NCBI GenBank assembly: GCA_964016885.1
Contig: OZ024742.1
Location: 329,468,001-329,532,000, forward strand
Source: Eledone cirrhosa
Lineage: Eukaryota
Direction: 5' to 3'
DNA: 64,000 nt
Position numbers and translations under genes: made by a program. Positions 13,487-28,559 of the stretch are shown here, one piece after another. The notes beneath the pieces were generated by a model, which made no database searches, was not told the origin of the DNA, and worked only from the letters and a program-made list of their open reading frames with translations. Every line of letters starts with the position of its first letter. The first letter of the stretch is position 1.

Positions 13487-14425
13487 GCGTGTGTGTGTGT
13501 GACCGCGTGCGTGTGTTCTTGTGTGTGCGCGTGTGTCTGCAGTGTTAGTGGAAAATTACGTTGAACATTGGGAATGCGGGATATATATCTAGATAATCCG
13601 TTACTTAAAATCAAAACGATGATTCTTAACGCAGGTTAGTCAATCGAGAAGAAATTTCAGCCAAGCTTTCCCCAATCACACATTACAATCATAAATACAA
13701 GGCGATGAAGACACAATTTTCACTCTGGTATGTAATGGTAGGAATATCATTTTGAATAATGTTAGGAAGATGATTTTGAATAATGGATCTGAATATGATA
13801 TCCATTTTATCTCATATTCCATAATACAAGAAATAAAAAAGAACTCGAAAAATGTCCTCCTTAATCTGAATCAACCTGAACATAAAAGTTTCGAGTGAGG
13901 TTCCTTCTCTTTATTATTTCCACAAAAGAAGCATGTGTTTGGCTGTTTCTTTTCTACTACCCTCGAACTGCAAAGTCTTGGGCCTGCTCCTGTTTTCACT
14001 AAATCCTACCAACTTTTATTTTAACTGAAATCCATGATAGCTTACCTCATTCTATAAAACGGACCAACCAACAAACACCTAATTATTCGTACATCAAACA
14101 TCGGTTATTAGAAAGTCAACAATTCGAAACGAAAATCTCTTATGACATGCCAGCCTTATTTTTGTATTCACTGATATGTCATAATGACTCCGGTTATACA
14201 GTCTCATGATGATGCTGCTTTAGAACTATAACGCTATCCTGTTTACTGAAAAAAAAAAATAATAATAATTTGAACCAGTGCCCTACATTGTCTCACCTTC
14301 TACAACAAAACATCCGCTCTTTTTGTCTAAAATCTTTCCTGCTCGCTTGCAGCTGTCGCAATTTACCACTTTGTAGTCAAGCGTTTTCGTGTAGTAAGTG
14401 TAGCAAACATTTTTATCAATATCAC

Positions 14426-15970
14426 GGCCGCTCTGAACGTTTGGTATCTAGATGATGCTACATTGGGCGGGCCGGTACGGACGGTCTGCCAAGACCTTCA
14501 ATCGGTGATTCCTGCCCTGGTGGGAATCGGCCTCCAGGTCAACTCGGCCAAGTTGGAGGTGGTGAACGTCAGCCTCGATGCTGCGAGATTTGCAGCCTCC
14601 GACTTGGACGTGCGGTCCATTCTCCGCCAGGTTCAGGTGACCCCTAAAGAGGATGTCCTCATCCTCGTGTCACCGATCCACCCGCCGGCCATCCGCTCCA
14701 CCATCAGGTCCAGGCTTCAACAGCTCCAGACTCTCATGAGCCGACTGGGCTTGATTGACGGCCACCCTGCTCTCTTTCTGCTGAGGAACTGCTTCGCCAT
14801 GCCGAAGCTCCTCTATACACTCCGCAGCGCTCCATGCTACACCCAGACATCTGTCCTCGCTGACCTCGATACTTGTATCCGAGCAGCAGCCGAGGGGATA
14901 TGCACCGTAAAGTTTGACGACATAGGGTGGCAACAGGCTACTTTACCGGTCAGGTATGGCGGCCTAGGCCTCCGATCCCTGATCTCACTAGCTTTGCCGG
15001 CGTATCTTTCGTCGGTAACCTCGTGCCGCGTCCTCGTCAACAGGGTTCTTCAAAACACAACAGAACCCCCTGTGTTCAGAGAACGTGAGGCCGCCTGTGA
15101 GACGTGGGACCGGCTGGGACATAGCCCAGTAGACGTCCCTCCTCCTTCTTCCCCTGTTGACGTCAAGTCCCCCCAAGGCACTTGGGATGCCATCCAGTGC
15201 AGCCTGGCCTCAGACAGGCTCACGCGCCAGCTCGACCAGCACCGCCTTGATTTTTTTCGTGCGGCCTCCAAACTCCACAGTGGTGCCTGGCTCCATGCTC
15301 TGCCCTCCTTCTCCACTGGCACGCAGCTAGAGAACCATAGCCTGCGAATCGGCGTTTCCCTGAGGCTCGGCCTCCCGATCTGCCAGCCACACCAATGTCG
15401 CTGCGGTTCCACCGTGGACTCTTTCGGCCTCCACCCGCTTTCCTGTCGCCACAGTGCCGGCCGTATTCCACGCCATACTGCCCTCAACGAGGTCATTAAG
15501 CATGGCTTGGACCCTGCAGGCTTCCCTTCCCAGCTCGAGCCGGTGGGGCTGGATCGAGGGGACCGCAAAAGGCCAGATAGCATGACCATCTTCCCGTTCC
15601 GCTGTGGCAAACCCCTCGTCTGAGATGCCACTTGCACCGATACATTTTGCAGCCGCAACCTGGTGCAGTCTGCGACTGACCCAAGTTCTGCTGCACGTCG
15701 GGCTGAGGGGGCCAAACTCCTCAAATACCTGTCGCACTCCGACAGGTTTGCGGCGTTCCCCTGGCAGTGGAAACTTCTGGTGTCCTCGGCCCCAGGGCTA
15801 CCTCCTTACTCACCACCATAGGCGCTGAGCTGGCTAGCAGCAGGTGTGAGCTCCGTGAGTTGGAGTGGCATTTCCAGCGCGTCTCCCTTGCCGTCCTCCT
15901 GGAAACGCCTTCTCCATTCTGTCCGCCGGGGCTGTGGGTAGGCCCCATCGCGTACCAATACATTAGTTAA
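14426..15970 (+). mobile_element. CRE-like non-LTR retrotransposon, 5'-truncated (RT C-terminal half, CCHC knuckle, restriction-like endonuclease)
   Basis: WYLDDATLGG; QATLPVRYGGLG; CRCG..VD..GLHPLSC..RH..N; EPVGLDRGDRKRPD; ETSGVLG; FQRVSLAV; GC-rich island; premature stop at 15621 and frameshifts. Confidence 0.9.
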
Positions 15971-17079
15971 ATACCATTCTTTCATCGTTACAACTTATAT
16001 CCACATTAATGACGTATTATATTGGTTGCTTTTGCATTAAATTTGATCTGTCTCGAAAAAAAAAAAAAATCATAAGAAATAAATGTTTCTTGTATTTTTT
16101 TATTGCCCATGATATTTCATCAGGTATCTATCAACGTTTTTAATAAATGAAGACGTACTATGACAATATGCATTTCAGGTAATCCTAGAAGTTGGAAAGG
16201 GGATAATGATGTTAAAGTCCGGCTGCAGGCAAAGTATTATGAGGAAACTAGATGGCAAATATATATCTTTATTATTTGATGCAAATCTATTGTGGACGAA
16301 TTTGACAAAGCAGATGATAGTAATTTAGGAGTAAAATTGGGGAAGGAGAAAAACAGTGGAGATTATAAATATATTGATTGTAAAGAGATCCTGGTGAACA
16401 ACAGAAAGGAGCTGATCGTTTAGATCGCACATATACGTTCAAATATTGAAAAGCATCTTCTCCGACTTCTTAACAATTCCCTAGTTACCTGTCCCTGTTT
16501 CAGGTATATTCGCGGATCTCCAGTTAAGGACGACCTTGCATTAGGTATAAAGTTAAAAGCCATAACAATATAAATGTATAGGCATCTTTGAAAATGAAAC
16601 CTAATTAGAGACACAGAACATGAGGCAAGAGATGTGGTGACGTATTAAATTGATAGAGACGATGTCTGTCACAGTGATCGCAGGGACTGGCAGAGCACAT
16701 CCGTGTCAATTCTATTATTTGCTTATATTTTGGCGTCATCTAGAAATTGAATACATAATCTGTGTGAATTAGAGCTGATGACTTCACTACATGTCTTGCG
16801 TCATAATGTGATGATGTAAGCCTGGTAGCCATAGAAAAACGTATTGTGATTTTTCGTAATGTTAGAGGAATACTTGTTATCCGGTCTGTTTTTTCCCCTG
16901 AAGTATTGCACTCCCTTTCTGCAACAGCCACAAAATGCCACACCAACGATGTATGATACGCACATCTTTGAGGGCTTTTTCTTAATCCATCAAGTCTGCT
17001 CTTCATTAAGTTTAGTTTAACCCATTAGTTAAACCATCCAAAATAAATGGCAGTTAGATAGATTGACACATAGATAGAT

Positions 17080-17354
<275 letters not shown>

Positions 17355-17771
17355 GAACTAGATTAGTAGATTTAATCCCAGCGTTTCACCACAAAATTCA
17401 CTATGTGAAACTAAATAATAAGCCAGCATCATATCAGTTCACTACGGAACTTCACCTATAATAAAACTGGCATCGTATCAAAAAATGGTATACAATATTT
17501 TTTATACTTCATATCCAACGGCGTCACAAAGTCTTCATCCATATATAAAACTTAAATGCTATAAAGAGTTCAATCAATATAAACCAACAATAGGAATTAA
17601 AAGAATTTGGCGCTGTTAATAAGAAACAGGTAAAAAAAGAGAAAATAACTATTCTGGAAAGACTATGAGAAACATAGTCGATAAGATTTTATGCTGCTGA
17701 GTAGTTGCGGAAAATTCAAACTGGCTAATTTGTGAAAATATTAGGAGTGATATTTACGTACGTACATATAT

Positions 17772-17825
<54 letters not shown>

Positions 17826-17833
17826 CACGCACG

Positions 17834-17915
<82 letters not shown>

Positions 17916-18038
17916 TACACACACACATATACATATATATATATATGCGTGTTTGTATGTGTGTGTGTATGTTTATCAGTAGCAGGCAGAATATCGATAG
18001 TTTTAGTAAATACTGTATTTAATAAGACGCAAATACCT

Positions 18039-18101
<63 letters not shown>

Positions 18102-18179
18102 TGTCTTACTGGAGAAATGTTGGGAGATCAGCAACATTAGTTACAATCATATGATAGGATTATATTCGCGACCGATAGG

Positions 18180-18310
18180 GCATTGAGCTGCCAGAATTAT
18201 TTGCTCGTCGGACAGAAGGCGTTGCGATACATTTTCTGTCCTTTATGTTCTGAGGTCATATTTCACCGATTTCAACTTTGCCTTCCATCATTTCAGGTGT
18301 TATAAATAAA
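18180..18310 (+). mobile_element. Degenerate SINE related to family A
   Basis: ctttatgttctgaggtcatatttcaccga..aactttgccttccatc resembles the family A core. Confidence 0.6.
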
Positions 18311-18739
18311 CAAGGAATTCAGTCCTTGGTCTGATTCTTTCTCTAGATTTCATACTTATTTCTTCTGTCTCCTTGAATATTAAAAAGAATGAATACAATA
18401 ATGTATTTTCGATACGAGTACAGTTTTTTTGTGCCCATATGTTATTAAATTTCTATTGAACTTTCGTTGTTTCTGACATTGATTTCTAGTTGTATGGTCG
18501 ATGCAAGGACTTCTTTGCTAAATTAAAGTCTAAGAATCTGAGCATTCCACAGTAACCAGTACCATTCCTGAAAATTTCAGTATGTTTCAGCGAAACTAGG
18601 TGTTTCGAAACACTATCTCATTTGAATTAAAGGTAGGTACATTTAATGTTTACCAAGTGGGTAGTTTGAAACTGCATGAAATGAATTGATTGCTCAAGTT
18701 GAATAATTCATTATGCTTATGCCCCTTGAAAGAATATTT

Positions 18740-19150
18740 TGACGTGTTTGTTCACAGATGCAGCTCAATAAGGTCACTAGGTAGTTTGTTTGTATGTCGA
18801 TGATATATGTTTGTAAAATATTAGCTGAAAAATAATGGTATTGTTTGATTAAGAATAAACGAAGTCAAACTAATTTTTAATGTATAAGCTGGATTGAATT
18901 CGCGGACATCATCGAGGATCGAAAGATTTTATATAAAGTCAATTTCACTATTGCATGCTGCAGTGATGCGATCTGACCAAGGTTCTCGATGCACGTGAAG
19001 AAGTGCGTCAAACTTTCGGAGAAAGGATGATTCGGTAGAATGTTCTTGATACAATCAAATGCTATGTTAGTATCATTGAATAATGAATTGATTTTGCCAT
19101 ATTTGACCAATATGAATTTGCTTCTCCAGCAGATCTAATGCAATGAAGCT
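18740..19150 (+). mobile_element. Possible decayed hAT transposase remnant
   Basis: Fragments TDAAQ (cf. TDGA), LLHAAVMR (cf. LL.H..VRW), VLDAREEV and NLLLQ occur in the expected order, with frameshifts. Confidence 0.35.
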
Positions 19151-20612
19151 GTACTAAGACGAAATATCTTAAATCTTTGTTTCTATAGCGTGAAATATTA
19201 TATATATAGCTGTAATTACGTATATGATTTATATCTAATATGCACTGTGTCTGTACTTCAGTGCGTTAATCCGCGCTGCTAAATTATCAGAACTGAACGA
19301 GTAACATTTGGTCTACCTGAGAGTGCTTCAACTTTTCAATATGTTTTGTAGGCAATCAGTTTGAAATATCTGTGAAGATGGATGACCCATGAATCAAAGC
19401 TGATCGTTATCCCTGCCTAGTTTGAGATATGTAGTTAATCTCAGGTTCGATTTACAAAGCGGGTCTTACCATATGTTTATTACATATACGGTTTTTACAT
19501 CGATGACGCATGTAGATTTTAAATACGGTTTGCTTCAGTTAATGCACAAACAAACACATGCACGTTCATATATGTATGCCTATGTTATATGTGCATGCAT
19601 TGATATATGCGTTATATTTTATATGTTAGGGTTTACCCTTGAATGAATATGTATGTAAAGTATAAATTGCGTTTAAAACTTTGTATTTTATAAATTGTGA
19701 TGTACAGGTATTCGTGGGTGTGACTGGCAAAACGGGAGACTAGTAAAGGGGATATTATGGCGTCACTGAATACTTACATCTTGAAAGCTGTCAACTCGAA
19801 TAAACCTGTCCGTAAGATTAGTAATATCCGACCCTACATATACACATAAAAAACTCACTCATAATAGCGAGCGCAAACGCACACACACGTACACACACAC
19901 ACACACAATAAATATATATATATAAATATATATATGTTTGTATGTGCGTGCGTGAGTGTGCGTATCTATGTGCATACATATATACATACACATACATATA
20001 AATATATAGACATAGCAAGGGTAAAAATACATAACTCTATTTGGATGTAGAAAGCAATGTAGGAGATAATATAATTGCAATATCTAATTATCTATCTACT
20101 TACTTCTCACAAATGTATATACCCAATAACATAACAAAATAACCAAGAGAGTAGAAGGAAAACTCTAATAATACATGAAACAATTAAAAGTCCGTAACAA
20201 AAGGAGACTATAACTTTCCTAACCATACAAAAGGCGAACAAACGACAATGCATACACCGCAGTTGCATCGCGTGATGCATTAGAAACTGGCAAGAATCTA
20301 GTGTAGAAAAAGGACAAATATTTCATCAGTAGCAGCATCACCAACAACAACGACAACACCATGAACAGTTCATCCCGCGATACGGCTGATGACCGCTATC
20401 CAACATCTGAGCAAAGTGCTGCTGAAAATATGTTCACATAAACTTGGCCCAAATACTATGGTGCCCGCCTTTTCTGTGCATAAGTTATGGCACCCTATTA
20501 ACAGTTTCTAACACACATTTTAACAATGAATGCTATGCAAACACATGACATTCAACACAAATTACGGAGCAAAACTATACGTGACAACTTGAGATATCAG
20601 TAATAATAATAA

Positions 20613-20799
20613 TAATTGTTTCTTCTTTTGGTACAAGACCAGCAATTAACCTCACTGCATTACTGGTACTTTATTTTATCGATCTCGCAAGGATGAAATG
20701 CAGAACTAACCTCGCCGGCATTTGAACTCAGAATGTAAAGAGCTATAACTCTATGCAGCAAAGCATGGTGACTGATGCTCTTACGATTATTATTGCCAA
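20613..20799 (-). mobile_element. SINE family A
   Basis: tgcattactggtactttattttatcga...ttgaactcaga homology. Confidence 0.85.
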
Positions 20800-20810
20800 A
20801 ATAATAATAA

Positions 20811-21010
20811 GGTGCTCTAGGAATGTAAAAAAAAAATCACGCAGACAAATACAAATTAAAACCCTAGGACTTACAAATATATACAGCATATAGTAGATAG
20901 CACTACTAGGCAATGCACATATCTTATGAAATGTAACAATCAATATAATAGAAACAACATCAGCAAAAACTACATTACTCATACCCAAGGCGCACAGAAA
21001 TGTACTGGCA
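20811..21010 (+). mobile_element. R4/Dong-like LINE extreme 3' fragment
   Basis: GALG...IALLGNAHIL (cf. ALLGTAHILR); AAT-rich repeats on both sides. Confidence 0.5.
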
Positions 21011-23209
21011 ATAAAAATAATAATGGAAATAATAGTAATAATAATAACTGCTTCATCTTTAGCAATATTTCTTTCGTTATTAGAAAAAACAATTGCCATT
21101 GTATTTTTGCATTTTTGAAAGATAGCTCCCCTTTAATAAAAATATCGCACATTTAATTGCTAATGGTTTAAAGTTACGGATTCTTTAGTGTGTAGGCGCC
21201 TTAAATTTGCTTGAAAATGCCTTTTTGTAAAACCATTTGAATAAAAATGTTGAATACATTATAAGCAGAATCTGAATTCCCTTACGTGTATGTAAAACAC
21301 AGCAAGGATATACATAAATAACTTACAATAAAAAACAACAAGGATTTGGTTATCGTGTAATGATTTTCCTCATTATTAATATGGGCTTTCCCACCGCCAT
21401 CATTATGTACATTATAGACATCTTTTTTATTACCATATTCACCACAATCACTATTATCTCAACCAGCACCTTCCTCTACCAAGAGTATGCACAAGTTTGA
21501 TAAATTTGCAGCGTCGTCCCAATAGTCTTCGTTTTTTACCCGTAACTCCTAATGGCATTTTAAAACCATGCATCCCGCAACACTTACTATGTATGAACAC
21601 AATTTCCTTCAGAAAAGAATAGAGTGCATTAGAGAGCATTTTTAAGAAAGATATATTGCGGAAGATTGGAGCTTGTACTGGTAACCATCCTAGAAACGCG
21701 GAACAACAGGTTTGACCTCGGTAAGATATGAACTCAGAGCACTAAGAATTAAAATAAAAAAGAGCAATGTTTCCTAACCGATATTCTAACGAATCTGGAA
21801 ATTCACAACACAATGATATTGTATTTGATAGAATACCTAAAATAATTCTATATATTCACTTTCTTCATTGACTCAGCAAGTCGGAAACCCAATCTATGAA
21901 GTCAAGTTTGAAGAAAGATTGAAGCAATTGGTGATTGATCAGACTTCGAGTAATTATTAAGCTTGACTTGGCCATTGCTTTCAGAAGACTTGTATTTTCG
22001 CGGAAACGAAATTGGACAATAAGAACATATACCTCTATAAGGCAGATATCCGTTTCATACTTCTGTAAAAATTGAGCAGATCTGTCAAATTCCTGAGTTG
22101 CCTTGGAGTTTCAAGTCTCAATGTTTACACCTTAAAAAAAAAAAAAATAGGAAAGCGCGCCATTCAACCACAGGAAATATCATACGTACAATATGTTGTG
22201 GAAGATCAGTAATCACCAGTGCATGTCAAAGAGAAAGGCAATGACCGAGAGATATTGGCACCAGTGCTATTGCAATTGATATTTCCCTGCTACTTGAACT
22301 GGAGAATGAAATATATTATCTTGCGTTATAAAAAAATGGAACAGGATAAAATAAAGTGACTTGCCGAAGGAAAACAATGGAGCGGGATTAAAAAAGGCTT
22401 CAGTCCCGACCTCGAATGGAAATCATTAAGCCACTCTCCTTTGCTGCCATTATTGTATTAATTTTATTCAATTTAACTGTTTTGCGACCATTATCAATAT
22501 TAGGTATTTGTGTGCATATATGTCGAACTTGGCAGGAGAGTTTATCATCATCATCATATTAAACATCATCTTCATAATAGTCATATTTAACATATTTATC
22601 CTCATCTGCTGTAACGTACTATTTCTGCTATGGAATAATTTTAATGTATGCTCTTGTATACTCACACACACAAACAACATGCACGCATGCACAATCACAC
22701 ACACATACACACACATATACGTACACACACACTCCAACAAACACACGCTAACTTCCTCTTTCTCTCACACACACACACTTATATAAATATGTGTGTGTCT
22801 ATATATGTGTGTGATTCTGTGTGTGTAAGAGTGAGTATATGTCGTCATGCGTTGTGTTATCTTATTCAAATTGCTTATGCCATAGACACTTTAGAAATCC
22901 ATGCCTCTAATGTCTCTTTTTCTCGTGAGACCAATTTATTTTTGATTTTTACCAATAGTCTCCAATTTAGACATAGACCCAACAATTTGTGGGAAAGGAA
23001 AATTGATGAAATAAGACGTATGTACCTAAATTGAACTTTATTTTATCTACTTCTGAAGGATGAAAAGTAGTTGACCACGATATTACTTGAACTAAGATCG
23101 TAATCAACCAATATAAATACGACAAATCGTTTTGTTGGTCATTGCTTGGTCAATTGAAATGGTTTAAACGTAACATTTGCAGATTAAATTATGGAATTTC
23201 AGCTTTAAA

Positions 23210-23545
23210 TAATACAAACACACAGATATCTGTACACACATTTACGCACACAAACAAACACTCACATGCCAGTACACAAACACACGCAAACACGCAAACA
23301 GTACACGTACGCACACAAACACACACATATGCCAGTACACACACGAACGCACACAAACCAACACACATGTCAGTATACACACGTACGCACACAAACACAC
23401 ATATTACAGCACAAACACATACGCACACAAACACACACACATTCCACATATACGTACGGACACAAACACACACATATGCCAGTAAAAATACGCAAGCACA
23501 CAAACACACATACTTGCCAGTGCAGACTTACATACGCACACTAAC
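23210..23545. repeat. Degenerate CA-rich minisatellite
   Basis: Recurring acgtacgcacacaaacacacacatatgccagta motif. Confidence 0.85.
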
Positions 23546-23688
23546 ACTGCGTGTATACAACTATAAATACAATTCTCCATATAATAAACGCTGCATCGTG
23601 ACTGATAAAATCATGAGTAGAAAAGTAAATGGAAAAGAAGGATATGAACAGCAATCCAGAGATGATCATGTTAGAATGGGTGAAATAA

Positions 23689-23690
<2 letters not shown>

Positions 23691-23781
<91 letters not shown>

Positions 23782-23884
23782 TAGTATAGTATTAGTAGTA
23801 CTAGTAGTAGTGGTGGTGGTAGTGGTAGTAGTAGTAGCAACAGCAGCAGCAGCAGTAGTAGTAGTAGTAGTATTGGCGGTGGTG

Positions 23885-23930
<46 letters not shown>

Positions 23931-23989
23931 CAGAAGCAGCAATACTACTACTGCCACTGCTACTACCACCACTACTACTACTGCTGCTG

Positions 23990-24022
<33 letters not shown>
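23691..24022. repeat. (GTA)n followed by the complementary (CTA)n trinucleotide tract
   Basis: Read directly. Confidence 0.95.
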
Positions 24023-25479
24023 ATGCTTGGTGTTTTCGTTTTGTTGCTGGTATTCATCTGATATACCAATTACTCAGAGATACAAGTCAGACAACGACTG
24101 TCACTTGCAGTCTTACAATACAAGCTACAACAACAGAAAAAATCAACAACAAATACATCAAAGACACCAGCAGCAATATTAACAGCATCACTAACCCCAC
24201 CACCACTATCAACAACAACACCTATACTAACAGAAACACGTGACAAAAAACCTCAAATTCAATAGAAAACAACAAAGATAACAACACCATCATCCGCAAA
24301 GCAACAAAAACGAGAAACAATGACAAAAGGAAGAACTAAATAACACCAACAACAAAACATCTAAAACATCTACCACTATGATGAACAACATAAACAAGAT
24401 AGACAACAGTAGTCAGTTTTTTGAGGAGAAAGCCGATGATTGATTTCATTCTTAAAAATATATTAGATGACAATAATAGTTTTACTGAGTAAAGTCAATC
24501 TATGTCTAGATTTGGGTTAGAGGTTAGAGATATTATCCGATATCATAAATTATATATGCAATATTTTGTAGGAAAAAGTAGGGGTCCGGTGCCAAATTCG
24601 AGAATATGGTTAGAGATACACTGGTAGATAGCCTCCCATATAATACAAAATAAATATAGTTACATAAGCAAGACCTACGCCTGAGTGTGGCTGTATACAC
24701 AATATATCTGAGAAATGAAAACAACAACAACAACGAAAAGGAGGAAGAAAAAAGTAATTTCGCCCTATAAGGAAGAAATAGTTTCAGCTTATATACAACA
24801 ATTGTTACAGCGCATTGTTGGCAAACAATTCGCTAAAGCCACACTGATCAAAAACCATATACTCACTTCTCTTAGTCAACAGTAAAAGTAGTTTGGCAAG
24901 AGTGGGTATTGAATTGCATATGTGTTATCATTTAAATGTGATAGATTTAAAGAGCTCTATTTGCGTTCTTAGAAGAAAATGTGACATAAAGTTGTGTTCA
25001 AACTACTCATGAGTTGAAAAGTAATTGGATTGCGGAAATCTAGAATATTCCTAAACTATATAACACATAATATATCGTAGAATAATGAATTTATAAATTT
25101 AATGAAGAAATACGGTTTTATATATTCCAGTTCAGTATATTCTCTTACAGCGCAGGCGATATGTACATTTTAAAGGCATTAATATGTCTCTGAAATGTTA
25201 TTTCATGCGTCCTCGTCAGTCAAGTGCTGAAAATGTAAACAATATTCTAGTTTTGATTTTGGCATTTGATAAGACCGTGATCGAATGATTGTTGTGCATT
25301 CAGATTACAACAGGGCTCTGATGGTCAAAGTTATCTATATACATATGTACATATATATACATACTCACAATTACACACATACATACATATATGAATGCAT
25401 ATATATACATATGCATGTTTGTGTGAGGCTATGTATTTTATGGATATATACATATACACACACACACACACACATATAA

Positions 25480-25543
<64 letters not shown>

Positions 25544-25621
25544 AGATACAAATATATTATGAATAAACTATATTATATGTACGTTCATAAATGTGAATGG
25601 AATATATTATAAATATGACAA

Positions 25622-25808
25622 GGGCGGTGGATTGGCAGTATCTGTAGAGAGTCGGACACCATGCTTTGAAGCATAGAATTACGCCCCTTTATGATCTGAG
25701 TTCAAATCCCGTCGTGGTTAACTTTGCCTTTCATCCCTACGGAGTAGATAAAATAAAGTACCAGTAGTACACTGGATATTTGCTGGCCTTATTCCAAGAG
25801 TAGAAACA
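25622..25808 (+). mobile_element. SINE family A, full length, with 16-bp TSD
   Basis: gggcggtggattggcag head, B-box gagttcaaatccc; TSD attataaata(t/c)gacaa at 25606-25621 and 25809-25824. Confidence 0.92.
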
Positions 25809-25903
25809 ATTATAAATACGACAACGAGAATAAAATCGAATTGATTTTGAAAGAACTTCCTTTTATAACCAAGTAACATCGCCTTGTGTATCGAGAGGAC
25901 CAC

Positions 25904-25936
<33 letters not shown>

Positions 25937-26287
25937 ATATATGATGATTATCATCATCATATATATATATATATATACAATTGATGATGATGATGATGAT
26001 GATGATGATAATGATGATGATGATGGTGGACTCTCCCGTCCATACCGACGTATGAGAAACGAACAACCGATTTAGTTCATTCAGCTCGGACATGACGTTT
26101 TGAGTCTGCCAAGTATTTGCAAAGAATTTCACAGATCGTGCAAGAATGGAATTTACTGGATAATTTTGCTTGTATATGTGATAATGTTTTCGTTTCGTAA
26201 GGTATATTACTTGTTCAAAGATTACTTTTTGCCTTTGTACGTTTGTGTCAAGGCTGTGTACCCTTTCTCCATCCATCATCAAACTGG

Positions 26288-26350
<63 letters not shown>

Positions 26351-26693
26351 TATATAAATATATATTTATTAAAATAATTATTATTACTATATATAAATAT
26401 ATATATTTATGTGTGTTTGTATAATATGTATATATGTGTTTGGTGTATGTATATATATATATATGTGTATATATATAGTATATATATATATATCGTATGT
26501 GTATATATGTGTATAAAATATATATAAAATGTGTGTGTGTATATGTGTCTGTATATGTATGTGTGTGTATATATGTGTGTATGAATGTGTACGTATATGT
26601 GTATATATATATATGTATATATATATATGTATATATGTATATGTGGGTGTGTATATCTGTATATATATATATGGGTGTGTATGTGTATGTATG

Positions 26694-26766
<73 letters not shown>

Positions 26767-26768
<2 letters not shown>

Positions 26769-27410
26769 TCATCATCATCATCATCAACAACATTTAACGT
26801 CCGTGTTCCACGCTTGCATGGGTTTGGACGGGGGTAGTCCCACTTGAGGCAAGAGTGATTGCCTTGCTCGCATAGGACTGTCTGGCAGGTTTTCTACAGT
26901 TGGATGCCCTTCCTAACACCAACCACATTTACAGTGTGGGTCTGGGAGGTTTTTACCGTGTTGCCTACACGGCCACATTACAGCGTGGACTGTGTGTTTT
27001 TTTGTTGTGACACCTACACGATCTCATTTGTTTCGGCCTGGATGGCGCGGCACCAACATAACTTTACATAGAACGGGGTGGTGTGGATGGGGGTGGGACG
27101 GGGTGTATTTTGTTAGAGATGCCTACTGGCTGTAGTAGGTTTTACTATGTATTTAGGTAAGGCGGGTCTTCTCTGTTACTGAGTACCGCCAAAGGTCTCG
27201 GTCCAGTGACATTGTCTTGGAGAGGTGTAAGTGTGTGAGGTCGGAGTTTATCAGCTCGTCCCAGGTTTTTCTAGGTCTGCCTATTCCGTGGCTACCGTCT
27301 ATCTTTATTGCCCTGCACTTTGTTATACAGCTATCGACTTTCATGCGCATCACGTGTCCATACCAACGTAGCCTTCTCTCGAGTAAACAACATCTGATCC
27401 CTCTTATTTT
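26767..27410 (-). mobile_element. RTE-clade LINE 3' end with (ATG)n tail
   Basis: RRLRWYGHVMRM...GRPRKTW...DRDLWR; 3' UTR ends in (gat)n. Confidence 0.88.
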
Positions 27411-27828
27411 ATATATATGTATATCTGTGTTGATATGTGTTTGTATGTAGTATATATGGACTGTAGATATATTTACATATAGGGAAGTGAATATGTGAGC
27501 CAGCATGTCCCCCACACTTCCACCCCCAGACCAATATCAACAACACATATTTGACAAATGTTCCCAAACTATCCTTCATTTTTCTTTTTCCTGTCATCCC
27601 ATTCTTATCAAAACACATGTATCTTACACCTCATTAACACCCAGACAAGCACCGAAATTCATCTTTGATATAGAAATTTGTAGAAGATATTCGTTATGAA
27701 TTAGGAAGAATTGATTCAGCTATGACATTATATACTCATCAAACGTCAGCTAATGAACTAAAGCCAGCAGGAGAGCATATCTATGACCACCTTCTCAAAT
27801 CTTACAACCTCATCATTTTCTGAGTATG

Positions 27829-27935
<107 letters not shown>

Positions 27936-28318
27936 GTGTCTGTACGTGTGTGTGTGTTGTTATGTATATATACTTTAATTCCTCTGGACCTTCATCATCA
28001 TCAACAGTCATTAACACCACATGCCACACCTCAGACACATCCAAATCTCTCTTGTATATATAGTCACACATTTCAACACAACCTGATCTCAGTTTGACAA
28101 TCGCCACAGACAGACGAATGCGAGAAAGTTCTCCAAACCAAGTTAACCAGGAATTTCTAACATACTTCCCACCGAAGGTAACAAAGAACTTACTGGATCT
28201 ACCAACTCATAATATTATAACATTAAATCATAAATTTGTTAACACTACAAGTGAATTCATTCTTTTTCGTTTTTTTCAAATGTACCTAACTGTACCCAAG
28301 GATCTCACACATTTTCCA

Positions 28319-28351
<33 letters not shown>

Positions 28352-28372
28352 GCAATATATATGAAATATGCA

Positions 28373-28401
<29 letters not shown>

Positions 28402-28405
<4 letters not shown>

Positions 28406-28557
28406 ACTACATAAAAACACATATCAACACAGATATACATATATATAAAATAAGAGGGATCAGATGTTGTTTACTCGAGAGAAGGCTACGTTGGTATGGA
28501 CACGTGATGCGCATGAAAGTCGATAGCTGTATAACAAAGTGCAGGGCAATAAAGATA
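28402..28557. repeat. 156-bp inverted duplication of 27300-27455
   Basis: Reverse complement matches with one mismatch and spans the LINE/flank junction. Confidence 0.92.
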
Positions 28558-28559
28558 TA

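Noticed and set aside
15050-15737. Long minus-strand ORFs (224 and 136 aa)
   Set aside because: Antisense shadows of the GC-rich LINE coding region
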